Source: Camelus dromedarius (taxonomy: Eukaryota). Taken from it: a stretch of 64,000 nucleotides of DNA. Position 1 is the stretch's first letter. Each line of letters opens with the position of its first letter. Shown here piece after piece: positions 52,455 to 64,000 of the stretch. The notes under the pieces were generated by a model that saw only the letters and a list, made by a program, of their open reading frames with translations, ran no database searches and was not told the origin of the DNA. The DNA lies in the NCBI RefSeq assembly GCF_036321535.1, contig NC_087438.1, positions 12,650,001 through 12,714,000 of the forward strand, given 5' to 3'. A program made the position numbers and the translations under genes.

Positions 52455-53075
52455 AAAACCTTAACTGTGGTAAAACACATACAACATGAAATTTACCATC
52501 TCAACCATTTTTAAGTACACAATTTAGTAGTATGTACATTCACACTGTTTTGCAACAAATCTCCAGAACATCCTTTATCTTTCAGAACTGAAGCTCTGTG
52601 CATATTAAACAGTAAATCTCCACTATGCTGCCTCCCAACCCCTGGAAACCACCCTTCTACTTTTTCCCTCTGTGAATCTGACCACTCCAGGTATCTCACG
52701 TAAGTGGAATCACACAGTATGTGTCTTTCTGTACCTTGCTTGTTTCACTTACCATAATGTCCTTCAGGTTCATTGACGTTGTAGCATGAGTTAGCATTTT
52801 CTTCCTTTTCAAGCCTGAATAGTATTCTATTGTATGACCATACTACATTTGGTTTATCCATTCATTTGTTGAAGAACACTTGGATTGTGTCTACCTTATG
52901 GCTATTGTGAATAATGATGCTATGAACATGGCTGTGTAAGTATTTCTTCAAGACCTTGCTTCCAGTTCTTTTGAGTATAAATCAAATGGAATTTTGGGGT
53001 CATATGATAATTCTGTTTTTGGTTTTTTAAGGAACTGCTATTCTGTTTTCCATAGCTGAAGCATCATTTTACTGT
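52455..53075 (-). mobile_element. L1MB-like 3' end
   Basis: gtggtaaaacacatacaacatgaaatttaccatctcaaccatttttaagt...aagtggaatcacacagtat...gctattgtgaataatgatgctatgaacatgg. Confidence 0.9.
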
Positions 53076-54798
53076 ATTGATTTTTACTTCTATTGGCTTT
53101 CTCTTAACATTTTGAGCCCTTGCATAGATTAATAACTTTAAGAGATTATTTACATAGGAATAAGAAATAATAAGTTTTTTTATCAAGAAACTTAAGACTT
53201 GAGTACATCTAATAAAACCAATATCTGGGGGATAAAATCAAAACACACAGTAGGAAAAAAAGTTGACACTGTCTGGGTCATATCAGAACCCAGAGAATCT
53301 GTATAAATATATACATATGTATATAATTATATATATACCATTTAGAATTCTGATATAAAATATTGTGGTAGTTAGAATTCTTATATGGTGAAGAGTCTCC
53401 ATTCTCACATAAAGATTATGTAGATCTGATGATCTGCTGATGAAGGAGGGACACTACTGCACTATTGTTTATCTTATGGAGACACTGTAATCTATCGAGA
53501 TTTTCTAACATATAATTATTGCATTTAGGGGAATATAATGTCAACACTAGTACTCATGAAAAAATGCAGAATCCTGGTTTACCAAAGCATAGAGCTGGCT
53601 ATCAGGAGTCAGACAGGATTTCATGACCTGGGAATTCTCAACAATCCGGAGGAGTTCAGATGTCAAATCCTGGTTTGGGGACTCGATTGCTTTGCAAGAG
53701 GAGACTGGAAAATTAGATGGTGTGTGGTACAGATGCAATAAAAAGACACAGGACTGCCATTGACCTCAGGGGTGAATGGGAGGCACCAGCCGTGGAGCTG
53801 ACTACTTTAATAAACTGTGAGTAGAAGTTCAGCTCATTTTTAGAAGAAAAGTCAGAGTCTGAGAGTTGATGCCTACTAGTCCTGAGCGTCTCCTTTCCTA
53901 TGGGATTTGATCTCCCTATGCATCCTTCATACTTTTCTTTTTTTTCCCTGTGCCTCTGTCTTTCTCTTTCTGTTCTTATTTTTCCTCCTTTTCACCTATG
54001 CAGTATCACTGCAACATTAATACTCTTCTCATTATTATAAAGGAAATCACAATATGGAGTTAGATGTGAGTCTGATGGAAGCTATTTTGGATTAATTGAT
54101 TCTAGCAACACATATTTTCCAAATAGATTTTGGCCTGATTTGGAAATTAACAGTAGGTAAGAAATATCTTTATAAGCATATACTTGTGGACTCAGAACTA
54201 AGAAGTACCACTGTAGCAATGGAAGCTTTTTACAGAAATTATAATGAAAAAAAAACGCATTATAATGAAAAAAAAAGACCACTGACTTACAGAATTTATA
54301 GCAAGGTGCCTCTAATTCTTAATACGAAAAGATATACAGAATGCTATTTGGTCAGTACGAATATAAACTATCACAGTTAATATTTTTATATTGCTATTAG
54401 AGCTGAAAAATGGTGTTGGAACCCAATCATTTCCTACTTTCTAATCATCCTATTTACAGTAGAACATAAAAGTCATTTAAAGATTACATGGACATTAATC
54501 CTATCCTCTATTTTTAATAAAACACGTTTTTGTTTATTTTTCCCATGTAGATGGAAAATAATGAATAATGAAAACAATTATAGTCAGAACTAGATACATA
54601 TACACATATGCACATGCACACTGTGTTTTAATTCAGAATAATTTAGTTCATTAGGCCTGCTCATAGTTTCTATGTGTATGTAAATTACAATATAAATATT
54701 ATAAGCATTATATAACATATATTTGTATTGATTTTTAAATGTTCAAATATTTCTAGAAGAATCATGAGATAATTAGAATAAAAATAACTAGAAAAAGG

Positions 54799-54993
54799 TT
54801 TGCAAAAGTCAACCACTATATGTAAAAATAGATAGAAAACAGATTTCTTTTGTATAACACAGGGAACTATATTCAATATCTTGTAATAACGTTTAATGAA
54901 AAAGAAAACGAAAACAAATATATGCATGACTGGGACATTATGTTGTACATCAGAAATTGACACATTGTAACTGACTATACTTCAATAAAAAAA
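54799..54993 (+). mobile_element. Lineage-specific L1 3' end
   Basis: cacagggaactatattcaatatcttgtaataac...gtaactgactatacttcaataaaaaaa; degenerate TSD containing ctagaa. Confidence 0.9.
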
Positions 54994-55564
54994 TCTAGAA
55001 CAAACACCGATATATTCATTGTAAACTCTGAAATTCATAGAAGAGATCATTTTTTGTGAGTGCTACTGAATATACCTGTGGAAAACAAAAGATGAGCAGG
55101 GCTTAACTTCTCAAAGTTACAATTAATCTCTAAATTTAACATTGTTCTACTGCCAGAATAAATTCTTATATAATGCATGCTAAGTATGTAAATAAACTCA
55201 ATGCAAAAGTTTACAAACTTTCAGCCATTTCTCTTCCAAATTCCTCTAAAGCATTTTCGTTTAGGTTTAGTTCATGAGCTTGTCCTGATGTCTCATTTTA
55301 AAGTAGCCCTGTCACTATCACATCAGCTTCCTCTGCTTCCTGCTTAGCACTTGTCTGTACTGCAAATGATCTTGAGTATATTTTTACTTGCTCACTATTT
55401 ATCTAATCCAGAGGCACATCAGAAGCATATGCAGTTTTATGATCCTTTTACAGAAAATAATTCAAAATTATAAGTACAAATTAAATACAAGTTCTCTTGG
55501 AAAGACCCTGGCAAATGTGAGGCTATGAAGTGTTGCTTTCTTATTTTCAGGGTAATTCCATTTC

Positions 55565-55675
55565 TGGTCTCACCTATTAGCTTATAAGATTCCTGGGAGC
55601 CCAGACTTATGTCTTGGTCACCCTTTATCCCCAGCACTTTGTACGTACTTAGTAAATATTTTTTTGAATGAATTC
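55565..55675 (+). mobile_element. L2 3' end
   Basis: ataagattcctgggag...tgtcttggtcaccc...tatccccagcac...agtaaatattt...tgaatgaat. Confidence 0.7.
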
Positions 55676-56469
55676 AGGAAGGTGCACGCCCCAGTCACAC
55701 TTCCTTCATTGCCCGTAATTATTTTTCTCGTAACAAACACAAATTCCTCCTGTTACAAATAACAGGGCACAGCGGAGCCATGTTACTTTGTTTTATGTGT
55801 GGTCCTGTGTTAGTTTTGCTGTGGTGTTTTGTGGAAAAGTATTTTATTGTAATAAGGACTGCATTTTTCTGTCTAAATGGCTATCCAGCATGATGTCGCT
55901 CATGATATAGTGTCCTCTGACAGGTAAAGGATGGCTGTGAAAGATTTAGCAAGATCGTTTTACTTTTCCTTTTGAGGATTTTAAGGGTATGCTGAAGTTT
56001 TTCTTAGGGAGCACATATTGATTTTGTAATTAAAAAAATAAAAGAAATTCTTTAATAAAGAGTAAGTTAAGTTCTCACTGTTTGCCTAACTGTCACCATT
56101 TGGGAGAACCCCTTCACTATGTGAAATTCCTGTTCACATTTCTGACCACTTTATCCTAATTTTTACCTTCAAAATGGTGGTGGTTATTTTACAGTCCAGG
56201 TGGATATCTACTAAGAGGTGATGTGTTTATCAATGCAGAGTTCTCAGGTGTGAATTTTATAAAAATGAGTTACCCTTCTTGCTCTGTTGAGATATCTTGA
56301 GATTACATGTGAAACTGCATCCCTCTTACCTCTTTAAGAGTGGGTCTGGCCCCACAGCTGTTCTTACTGCATTTCTTCTCTGAGACATTTTAAGGAGTTA
56401 CACTTTCCCAGTTTAGGTATATTTGATTTTAAGTAATTAACTTCAAAGCATCTGGGACAATGTGGCATG

Positions 56470-56590
56470 ATAGTCCAATCAGCGTTTCCCCGCCTGTCAG
56501 TCGTGGAGGCAGGATGCGTCACTTCAGGTGGTGTCTAAAGTGAAGAGTTACACATCTGGTATGAATGTGGAGGTGGATTGCAGCCAATGA
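56470..56590. promoter_or_regulatory. Promoter-like motif cluster
   Basis: CCAAT 56475 and 56584, ccccgcc 56488, TGTCAG 56495, TGCGTCA 56515; CpGs retained. Confidence 0.4.
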
Positions 56591-59500
56591 CATAGAGACT
56601 TTGCCTTGTAGAACACTGGCTGAAATAAAAATTAAAAAAATGTATTTTGAAGATTAATTGTAGCCAATTGTAGTACTGTTTTTTTTTTTTCCTTGTTAAT
56701 ATCACTCAGCATGTTCAAAATCCATCCCAACACTGCGAACTCATGCTGAGGTCAGCCTCAGAAGAGTATAATTAAGAAGAAAATCTACTGTCCCCAAAAT
56801 AAGCAAGTAAGAATCATGGGTTACACAGAAATGACTTTAAGATTATTTATTTGATTTGAATTATCCACAGATGAATATTTCATTAGTCTTGTCAATCATC
56901 GTTCTTTAGGCAAACGAGATTCAAACAGGGATATATGCAAAAGCATAATCAATGAATAGTTACTGGGGGAATTATAAAGTAAGGGTGTGAAAAGTCCTTT
57001 CTGATCACAAAGACAACAGTTTTCAAACACTAGCTGAAGAGAATTGGATACTAATGAATCAAACTTCATTTACATCCAGTATTTGTGGTGGAACTTCTAG
57101 GAATTGTTTTAGAATTAGGAAACTGGAGGAAGTTGGAGTTCATAATCTGGCATAATGGGCCTGGGTTTTCAGGACGACTGGGGAGAACCATAATCCTAAT
57201 GACCGCCAGACCTGTAGTCAGCAGGTTTAGTGCCACTTAAGGTCACATGAAAGCACTGATGTGTATGTGGCGGATCTCTGTTTACGTATCACAACAGAGG
57301 GGCTGCCATCGCTAGACGCAGGGCATACATTGCTGCGTTTTTCCACTGACGTGGAGTTAATTTTAGTTTTGGAACATCTGGTCAGTGCTTTAAAGTAGAA
57401 TTTCTAGGAAGGTTTTACCTTCAGCTCTCCCACCCTCATCCAAAATATTCCAGATAAAAGGTACCAGAAACTCTGTAAGTCTTATGTGTTAGATGGTTTT
57501 GATTAAAGAGAAATGCCAGCCAGCTGTGTCCACATTATTAGGAGCTCCTATGGGCTGTCACCATTAGTCTGGCACCAAAAAGAGAAGTGAGTTATTGATG
57601 TCTTAGTTTTAAATAAAATTAGATCTTAACAGTAAGAGTTTGTTAAGTGGTTATGACCAATGTCTTTGCACAGTGAGGGGTACACCGGGATGAAAGGACT
57701 GGTCCCTAACAGCAGCCTTGCAAGCAGAGGACCTTGGTTTGGGCTCTATCAGAAGGGGCAGCAATGCCTTCTGATCAGCTTTGGTATAAACCTCATCACT
57801 GATTGGATTATGGCATTTGACATTGTGAACTGACTCCTTGGGCATACTGCTTTAAGGCTTTGCAATGCTGTCTCCCCGATATTTGTGGCCACAACATTTC
57901 TCTAATCTTTGCAACCCACTACCTGTGCCCTCCCATCTATTAATATTATAGTGGCTTAATATTAACCTAAACAGACCAAACCTGCTAGGCAACACAGAAC
58001 ATTTTCACCCATTTTCTAGTCATTCTCCCTGGCTTGATAGTTTTCTTAAATACAAAATCAGCTGGATGCCTGAATATCTGCATATAGATTTTCCTTTTGT
58101 TTCTTACTTCCATGTTGCCCAGTGGTTCACAACTTTTAGTGTGCCTTAGAATGATGGCACAGGATTTCAGGCACAAAACATTGTGCCTTATTGACAATTT
58201 AGAGAATAGTCAATGGCAATTTTTTTTCTTTTACCATATAAGATTTTTTACCTTGATGTTTAAAACCAAATGCCTGCCTAAGATGAGATTCCACTTACAT
58301 ATTTTCATGCATTATTTCTTGTGACTGTCACAACAAGCCCCTGAAACAGAAAAGGCAGGCGTTCTCTCCATCTTCAGAATGGGTAAGTAAGGCTGAGAAC
58401 TTACATACAAATGGAAATGAGCTTTTGAAGTTCTATCTAGTAATCCCTGAGCTTTTCCCTTCTGCATTTCCTTCTATGTGACTTTTCCTCTGACCAAAGA
58501 GGCTTCTACTTTCCCTGGAGTTGAATTGTTATACCAGCAACATGAGAGAATCAGTCAGTATCTGTAAAAGCCTGATTTTGTGAGAGAAGAAGTGCTCATG
58601 AGAATCACAAAGGAAGATCCCTGAAGGAGGCAGGATGTAGAGTTAATGTCGTAACCCCCGATTGGAAAGGGAATAAAATCTTGAGTTCGACTTGCTAGGA
58701 GACAAGGTGAGAGCATTCTGGTTTCCCAGGAGTGGGAAAGAGCATTTGATGGGAATTGATCTTGCAAAAGGTCAGCGGGTCATTGTGGGTGTAGACCACA
58801 CCTGGGGGCCCATTGGGAGAATCTAGTCAGCACTGAGGGACTAGTCTGCATTGTCTGTGACCAACAGCAGGGAGTGAACGAATGGGAACCCAGCTAATGG
58901 TTGTGGACACACTGTTGCCATCCAAGGGAAGCCTGCGTGTTAGCTGTGTCAAGGACCCAAATAGCTCTTCCTTATAGCCACCTGGGTCTTTCATGACCCT
59001 TTCAACTGAGTTATTGTTGGCTTGTGCTCTCTTGTTTTTCTGAGTCCCATCCAAAATGACCCACATGGATACTCCTCTTTTCAATAGCCAAGATATCTGG
59101 TGGCTTTACCTGTCATTTGTAGAGGGACAATATGACATGGAATAGAAAGAAATCCTTGAATGCTAGTATTTAGATGGAGCTGGATGGTGGCGAGAGCCAT
59201 CGCTTTTTCACATTTTTGCCAAGGATGGAGGAAGCAGTTAAACTGGGTTGGCATTTGCTTTTTTTTTCTCTACAGCCTCCGCTCTTGTCTGCTTTGCCAA
59301 ATCAACTCTTCCTATTAGCTGAATATCATCCAAATAATAAAGGTACGTGAATGACTATGTGAGAAAGGGAAGAGAAAGCAGGAATCAGTGGAAGCAAGAG
59401 AAGACAGTTATGCTGATGTTTCAAAGACTCAGACTGGCTTAAAAGAGTCAGTCTTTTAAGCTATCTATCTTCCTTAACAGAGTGGCCAACAAAAAGCACA

Positions 59501-59669
59501 GATTTCTTTTAGCTCTGAAAATGCAAATTACCTCAGTCTATGCAGAGGTTTTGAAACATGGAATGGATTGTTCTTTTTGATGTAAACCATACAATTTAAA
59601 TCTGCCCCACAAAATAATGTTTCAGTGCATTAATATTTATCTCTTGCTTACAAAGCTGTCCATTCTCCA

Positions 59670-62050
59670 AGGAACACTTATTTATTGTTTACCAAGACTA
59701 AGTGCTGAGGATACAAAAATAAATAAGATGTGGTTAAATAAGGATTTAATGGTCTAGTAGCATGTGAAAGGTAAATTACATATATATGTATATGTATTAC
59801 ATATATATAGTATATATGTTGCAGCAAGCATTAGAGTAGAGGTATGAAAAAAGTTTCATACTTTGGGCATAGGAGGATGGAGCAACTGCTTCTGCTTGCT
59901 ATTTGCTTTGATGCTTGAAAGATGAGTGGAAGACTGAAAGGTAGAGAAAGGGGAGTTACTAGAAGAAAATGTTCCAGCACAGAGAAAGAGGACGTGTAGA
60001 GCGCCAGCAGGGTTCATGTGGTGCAGTGGTAAGAGACCCACGTACAGAGGAAAGATGGAGGTAGATGGTGAAGGGCCATTTGGCCAAGTTATAAATGGGC
60101 TCAGAGGTGATCATGAACTTGGATGACCCTCATAATGTCATCCCTGCCAACTTCTCTAACTTCACCATGTGCCACAGTTTCCCTCAAACACAGAAACTTT
60201 TTCAGTCCCTCAAGCCTACCATGAGCCTTCTCACCTTGGAGACTTCATATATGCTACATTTCTGTCTGAAAAGTGTTTTTCACTTGACTCTCCCTTCTTG
60301 CCTTTGTCCAAATATATCATATTTGGAAATCTGCTCCTTCTCATCTCTCAGGTTCAGTTTAATTCAGAAAGATCTTCCTTGCCCCCCAGACCAACCTAAA
60401 AAATGTAGGTTTCCACCTGTTATTCTCCTTTTAATTTTTCTCATAATATTTATCACTATTTAGAAGTATATAAATGGTAATTTATAAAGTACGTACTCTG
60501 TAATTATTTTTGCTACCTTGGTTTTTTACTTCTTTGACTTAAAATTCCCCACCAAGTCCCTAGAATACTTTTCCTTCTCCTTGATGCATTTCAAAATACT
60601 ATTATTCCCTCCAGATTCCGGCGCCTAAAGGAGAAATCAGGCTGAAGTATGAAATTTAGGATTATCTTCATATAGATAAATTTTAAATCCAGGATAAAGG
60701 AAGAGATCATCTAGGAAGAAAATATGAGGATCAGGAGAACTCATAACATCGCTTGAGGATCATACAGGCTCCCGTGGAAGATGGGGGAGGTCCAGCTTGG
60801 ATACTGCCGGCTAAGACACTAACATGTCATAAGGACACTGGATCTGATTTCTTCTCTGTGACTCAGACCAGCACATCAAAACTGACCGGAACATCAAAAT
60901 TCTTATCTGATAATCTCATCTGCTTGTCATCAAGACACCTCAGACTCCACAAGTCCAAATCTCAATTCCTGGTCTTCCTCACCAAATACATTTCTTTCTC
61001 CCTATATGTCCTTCTTACCTCTCCATCACTATGTCAGTCTGAAGTGTGGATTATTTTTGACTCCTCCTTTTCTGTCATCCCTCTTCATATGTGATGCGAC
61101 TCCCATGGTGATAACCCTTGGAAGGTAGTATCAAAGGGTATAACTGAGAGAATTTATTTAGTTTGGATAGTCAGGTAAGTCTTTCCTAAAGAAACAGCCT
61201 TTGACCTGAACGTTGAAATAATTAATTTCCTGGGTTGAGTGAAAAAATGGGGAAGGAGGAAATGTTTCTGGCAAAGTGAACTTCTCCCTGAGTTCATGCC
61301 TAGTTGAGGAAAGAAGGGAAGTCCAGTGTGACCACAGCAGAGGGAACAAGTGAAGTATAAAATGGGAAGAGGTGGAGAGGGACGCAGGATTACATCAGGG
61401 GGAACGTGACATGTTCAGAATCCTGGTCTTAAACACAACAGGGCACAAGGGAAGCATTCTAAGCGGAGGGATGTGCAGATTCAGCTCAAATTTTACAAGA
61501 TCGTGTTGGTTACTCTGTGGACTAGAATGTAGGCAGCACGTAAGAGGAGCTGTGGGAAGACTAGTTAGAGATATAATGCAACCACGTGATAAATGATGGC
61601 GGTTTGGATTAAGGTCCTGGCTGTTGGGACACAGACAAGTGGATAGATTCAGGATTTGTGAGTGATTAAATTGACCAACAATTCAAAATTTTGCTTTACA
61701 TGGCCCATTCTCTTGGGCTTCACACCACTTGCATGGTCTCATTCTCCTGCTAGAGTTCCTGCTGCTGCTCTGGCACAGTGGATGTGTTTAACATCTGCAT
61801 CCTGGTCTATGCTTTGAGCTTCTTCCTGATGTAACCCCAATCTCCCTTCCCACTAGCCCCCAATATTTCTGCCAAATGCTTAAATTATTAACTTGAGATA
61901 TTTTTTCCCTTGGACTCTGTAACTTTTATTATTTTTTTACTTTCCTACTGTATCATCCTCACCTTTTTCCATGTTTATAAGGTGCTATTCAAGACTACAT
62001 CAAAGATCATCTTTATCTTAAAATTAATCATATTAGTTTAGCACAAAATG
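59670..62050. mobile_element. Cluster of L2 fragments in alternating orientation
   Basis: Purine-rich minus-type blocks alternate with pyrimidine-rich plus-type blocks carrying L2 motifs such as atgttccagcacagag, cacctcagactccacaagtccaaa and tttttgactcctcc. Confidence 0.6.
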
Positions 62051-62119
62051 ACCTTTTCTCCTTCTAAACGCCTATTGCTCTGATTTTTTAAAAATTTCCA
62101 ATGGAATTTGGTGAGTTAA

Positions 62120-63053
62120 TGCCTGTTCACTCTCAGATCCAAATTCTACCCTTTCTCTGTTACGTTCTGTATCTCAGAGAGCTGGTCTTTGCCAGTATGT
62201 TTGCCAGTCTCCCTTCGCAAATGGCTTTCCTCCATGTTAGGTCAATGGGAGGCACTGGAGGGAGACTAGAAAGTGAGGGGAAGCTGGAAGCCAGTTACAA
62301 ATCCTAATATGCTTGTCTGGGTTGCTGACACCTTAGTTTTGCTATGAGAGCTACTGAGAAGACAAATGGGGCACCATAGCCATAATCTCAACAGATAGCA
62401 AAGATGACTTCCTGGAAAGACCACGGTAGCCGGCCCAGAGTTGACACAGTCCCTAATCAATTAGCCCAGACGCCATCATCCAATCCACAGCACACAAATA
62501 TTTCAATTTCCTAGTATGGACATACTGGTATTTTTAAAAGTTATTTGTACTTTTTACAAATATAGAAAGGGATTGCTATTTTCCGTCCTAAGACTCAGCT
62601 CCTAGAGTGTTATTTCTCTGTTGTAGCAAGTTCACTGCCTGGAAGCAAACTTCCTACGTGCTGTTCTTTGGTTCCAGGGTCTTACTTTCTGTTTTCCCTC
62701 TGTAGTCTCTCCCACGTGTTTCAGGCAATGACTTCTCTGGGGCCCTAGCTTCCTCTAGAAAATCCATCTCATGATCCCAGCCTTACCAAGCATCCCTCGC
62801 ATAGGGCTGGTTCTCCCCAGGTGGCCCTGAGCCAGGCCACTGGGCTGTGGCAGTATCATTGCAGCATTCCCATGTCCTTCCAGACCTAGAGAGAGCAGTG
62901 GTCGCTGCTGATCTTTGGCATGCCTCAGTGTTCCCTGTCTGGTCTGTAAGTTTTTGCAATTAGTAATTGTAATGAATTTTCCCAAGTCAAATTTATTCTA
63001 TGAAACTTCTTGGCATCATCTCTATTTTCGTTGACTACACTTTAACTGATAGA
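62120..63053 (+). mobile_element. LTR33-like (ERVL) LTR pieces
   Basis: ctctcagatccaa...gttaggtcaatgggaggcactggagggagact and ccttccagacctagagagagcagtgg...ttaactgata. Confidence 0.6.
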
Positions 63054-63104
63054 ATGACTTAATAGAAAAAAATTCTGTATTCAGCAAAGAAAGCACTTTA
63101 AAAA

Positions 63105-63270
63105 CAATTCCAAACTTGGGGTTTATTAACTATGCCTTTGAGCAACTAATTTCACCTCTGTGAACCTTGATCTTTTCTTTTTTAATATGGAGTTGCCTAT
63201 CTTATTAATATATGAGAATTAAATATTAAAATGGATATGAGAGTACTCTGTAAAGTGCTGAGCAGATATA
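63105..63270 (+). mobile_element. MIR fragment
   Basis: tttgagcaactaatttcacctctgtgaaccttg...tgagaattaaat...ctctgtaaagtgct. Confidence 0.6.
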
Positions 63271-64000
63271 AATCTCTACACTCCTCATTTGTTATTCACG
63301 TTGTTCATCTTTTAGTGAACTTGTTTCCTATATTCATAAACAGGTGCTCAACTTTATAAGGGCATCCCTTATCTTGCGTCCCTTTGTATAAGCTCTCAGT
63401 GATGTAATACATTATTGTTGCTCCATGTATCATAGTAGTTCAATAAATATAATTGAAACATCACTAATAGAACGTATAGCAATGTTTTCTAACAAATGCA
63501 GTTCCTATACTTTCAAATGTGTCCCAAAGAAACCATCAATGTGTAATGTATACATAGTGGATTTGAAACCACATCCTAAGGAACAGGCTTTACTTCAGCT
63601 ACTTCTGTAACTTGAGACAAGACACAATGAGAGAAGAAAGGTTTTCTGACCAGTGGAAAGATTTTTTTTTAGGTTACCCTCAAAAGATATTATTTTTTTT
63701 CCCCCTGATTTTGAAGTTATGGCAAAAACAAAACAACAGTAGAATTCCTTCATTGACGGTCATGGCAGAAGGAATTAGCAAAACACATTTGCCTTCCAAG
63801 GAAGTTACTCAGGAGTGTCATACCTCCTGGCGTTCCAGCTTGGTACAGATTTTCTAATTGTAATTAAAACAGAGAAAGGCAGCAGCAAAAGAAACAGAAA
63901 TAGAAAGCTAGAGCTATTGGTGGTTGAGGCAGAAAGCATACACTTTAAGAATTGGACTTTGAGCAAATTCAGACAGATAAAACAGCATGCAGTCAGTATA

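Overview
This is mammalian nuclear DNA, very likely camelid (camel/alpaca/llama): four copies of a tRNA-Ala-derived SINE of the camelid vic-1 type occur alongside cetartiodactyl-type L1 3' ends. It is AT-rich and repeat-rich (L1, L2, MIR, MLT1, LTR40, LTR33, MER82, MER5, MER99-like, microsatellites). I can support no intact protein-coding gene, true RNA gene or CRISPR array; the ORF track is mostly L1 ORF2 debris, microsatellite ORFs and chance ORFs. The most notable non-repeat feature is a GC-rich, minus-strand, intron-containing gene relic at about 13.5-14.7 kb. It has three phase-compatible exons with canonical splice sites, three in-frame stops and a poly(A) signal, and I could not identify its parent gene. 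Also present are a CpG-rich promoter-like island at about 8.9 kb with candidate minus-strand non-coding exons to its left, two further promoter-like motif clusters (29.4 and 56.5 kb), a probable ancient CR1/L3 endonuclease relic, and several informative retrotransposon junctions. Repeat names come from recalled consensus sequences, not from a search, and boundaries of old repeats are approximate.
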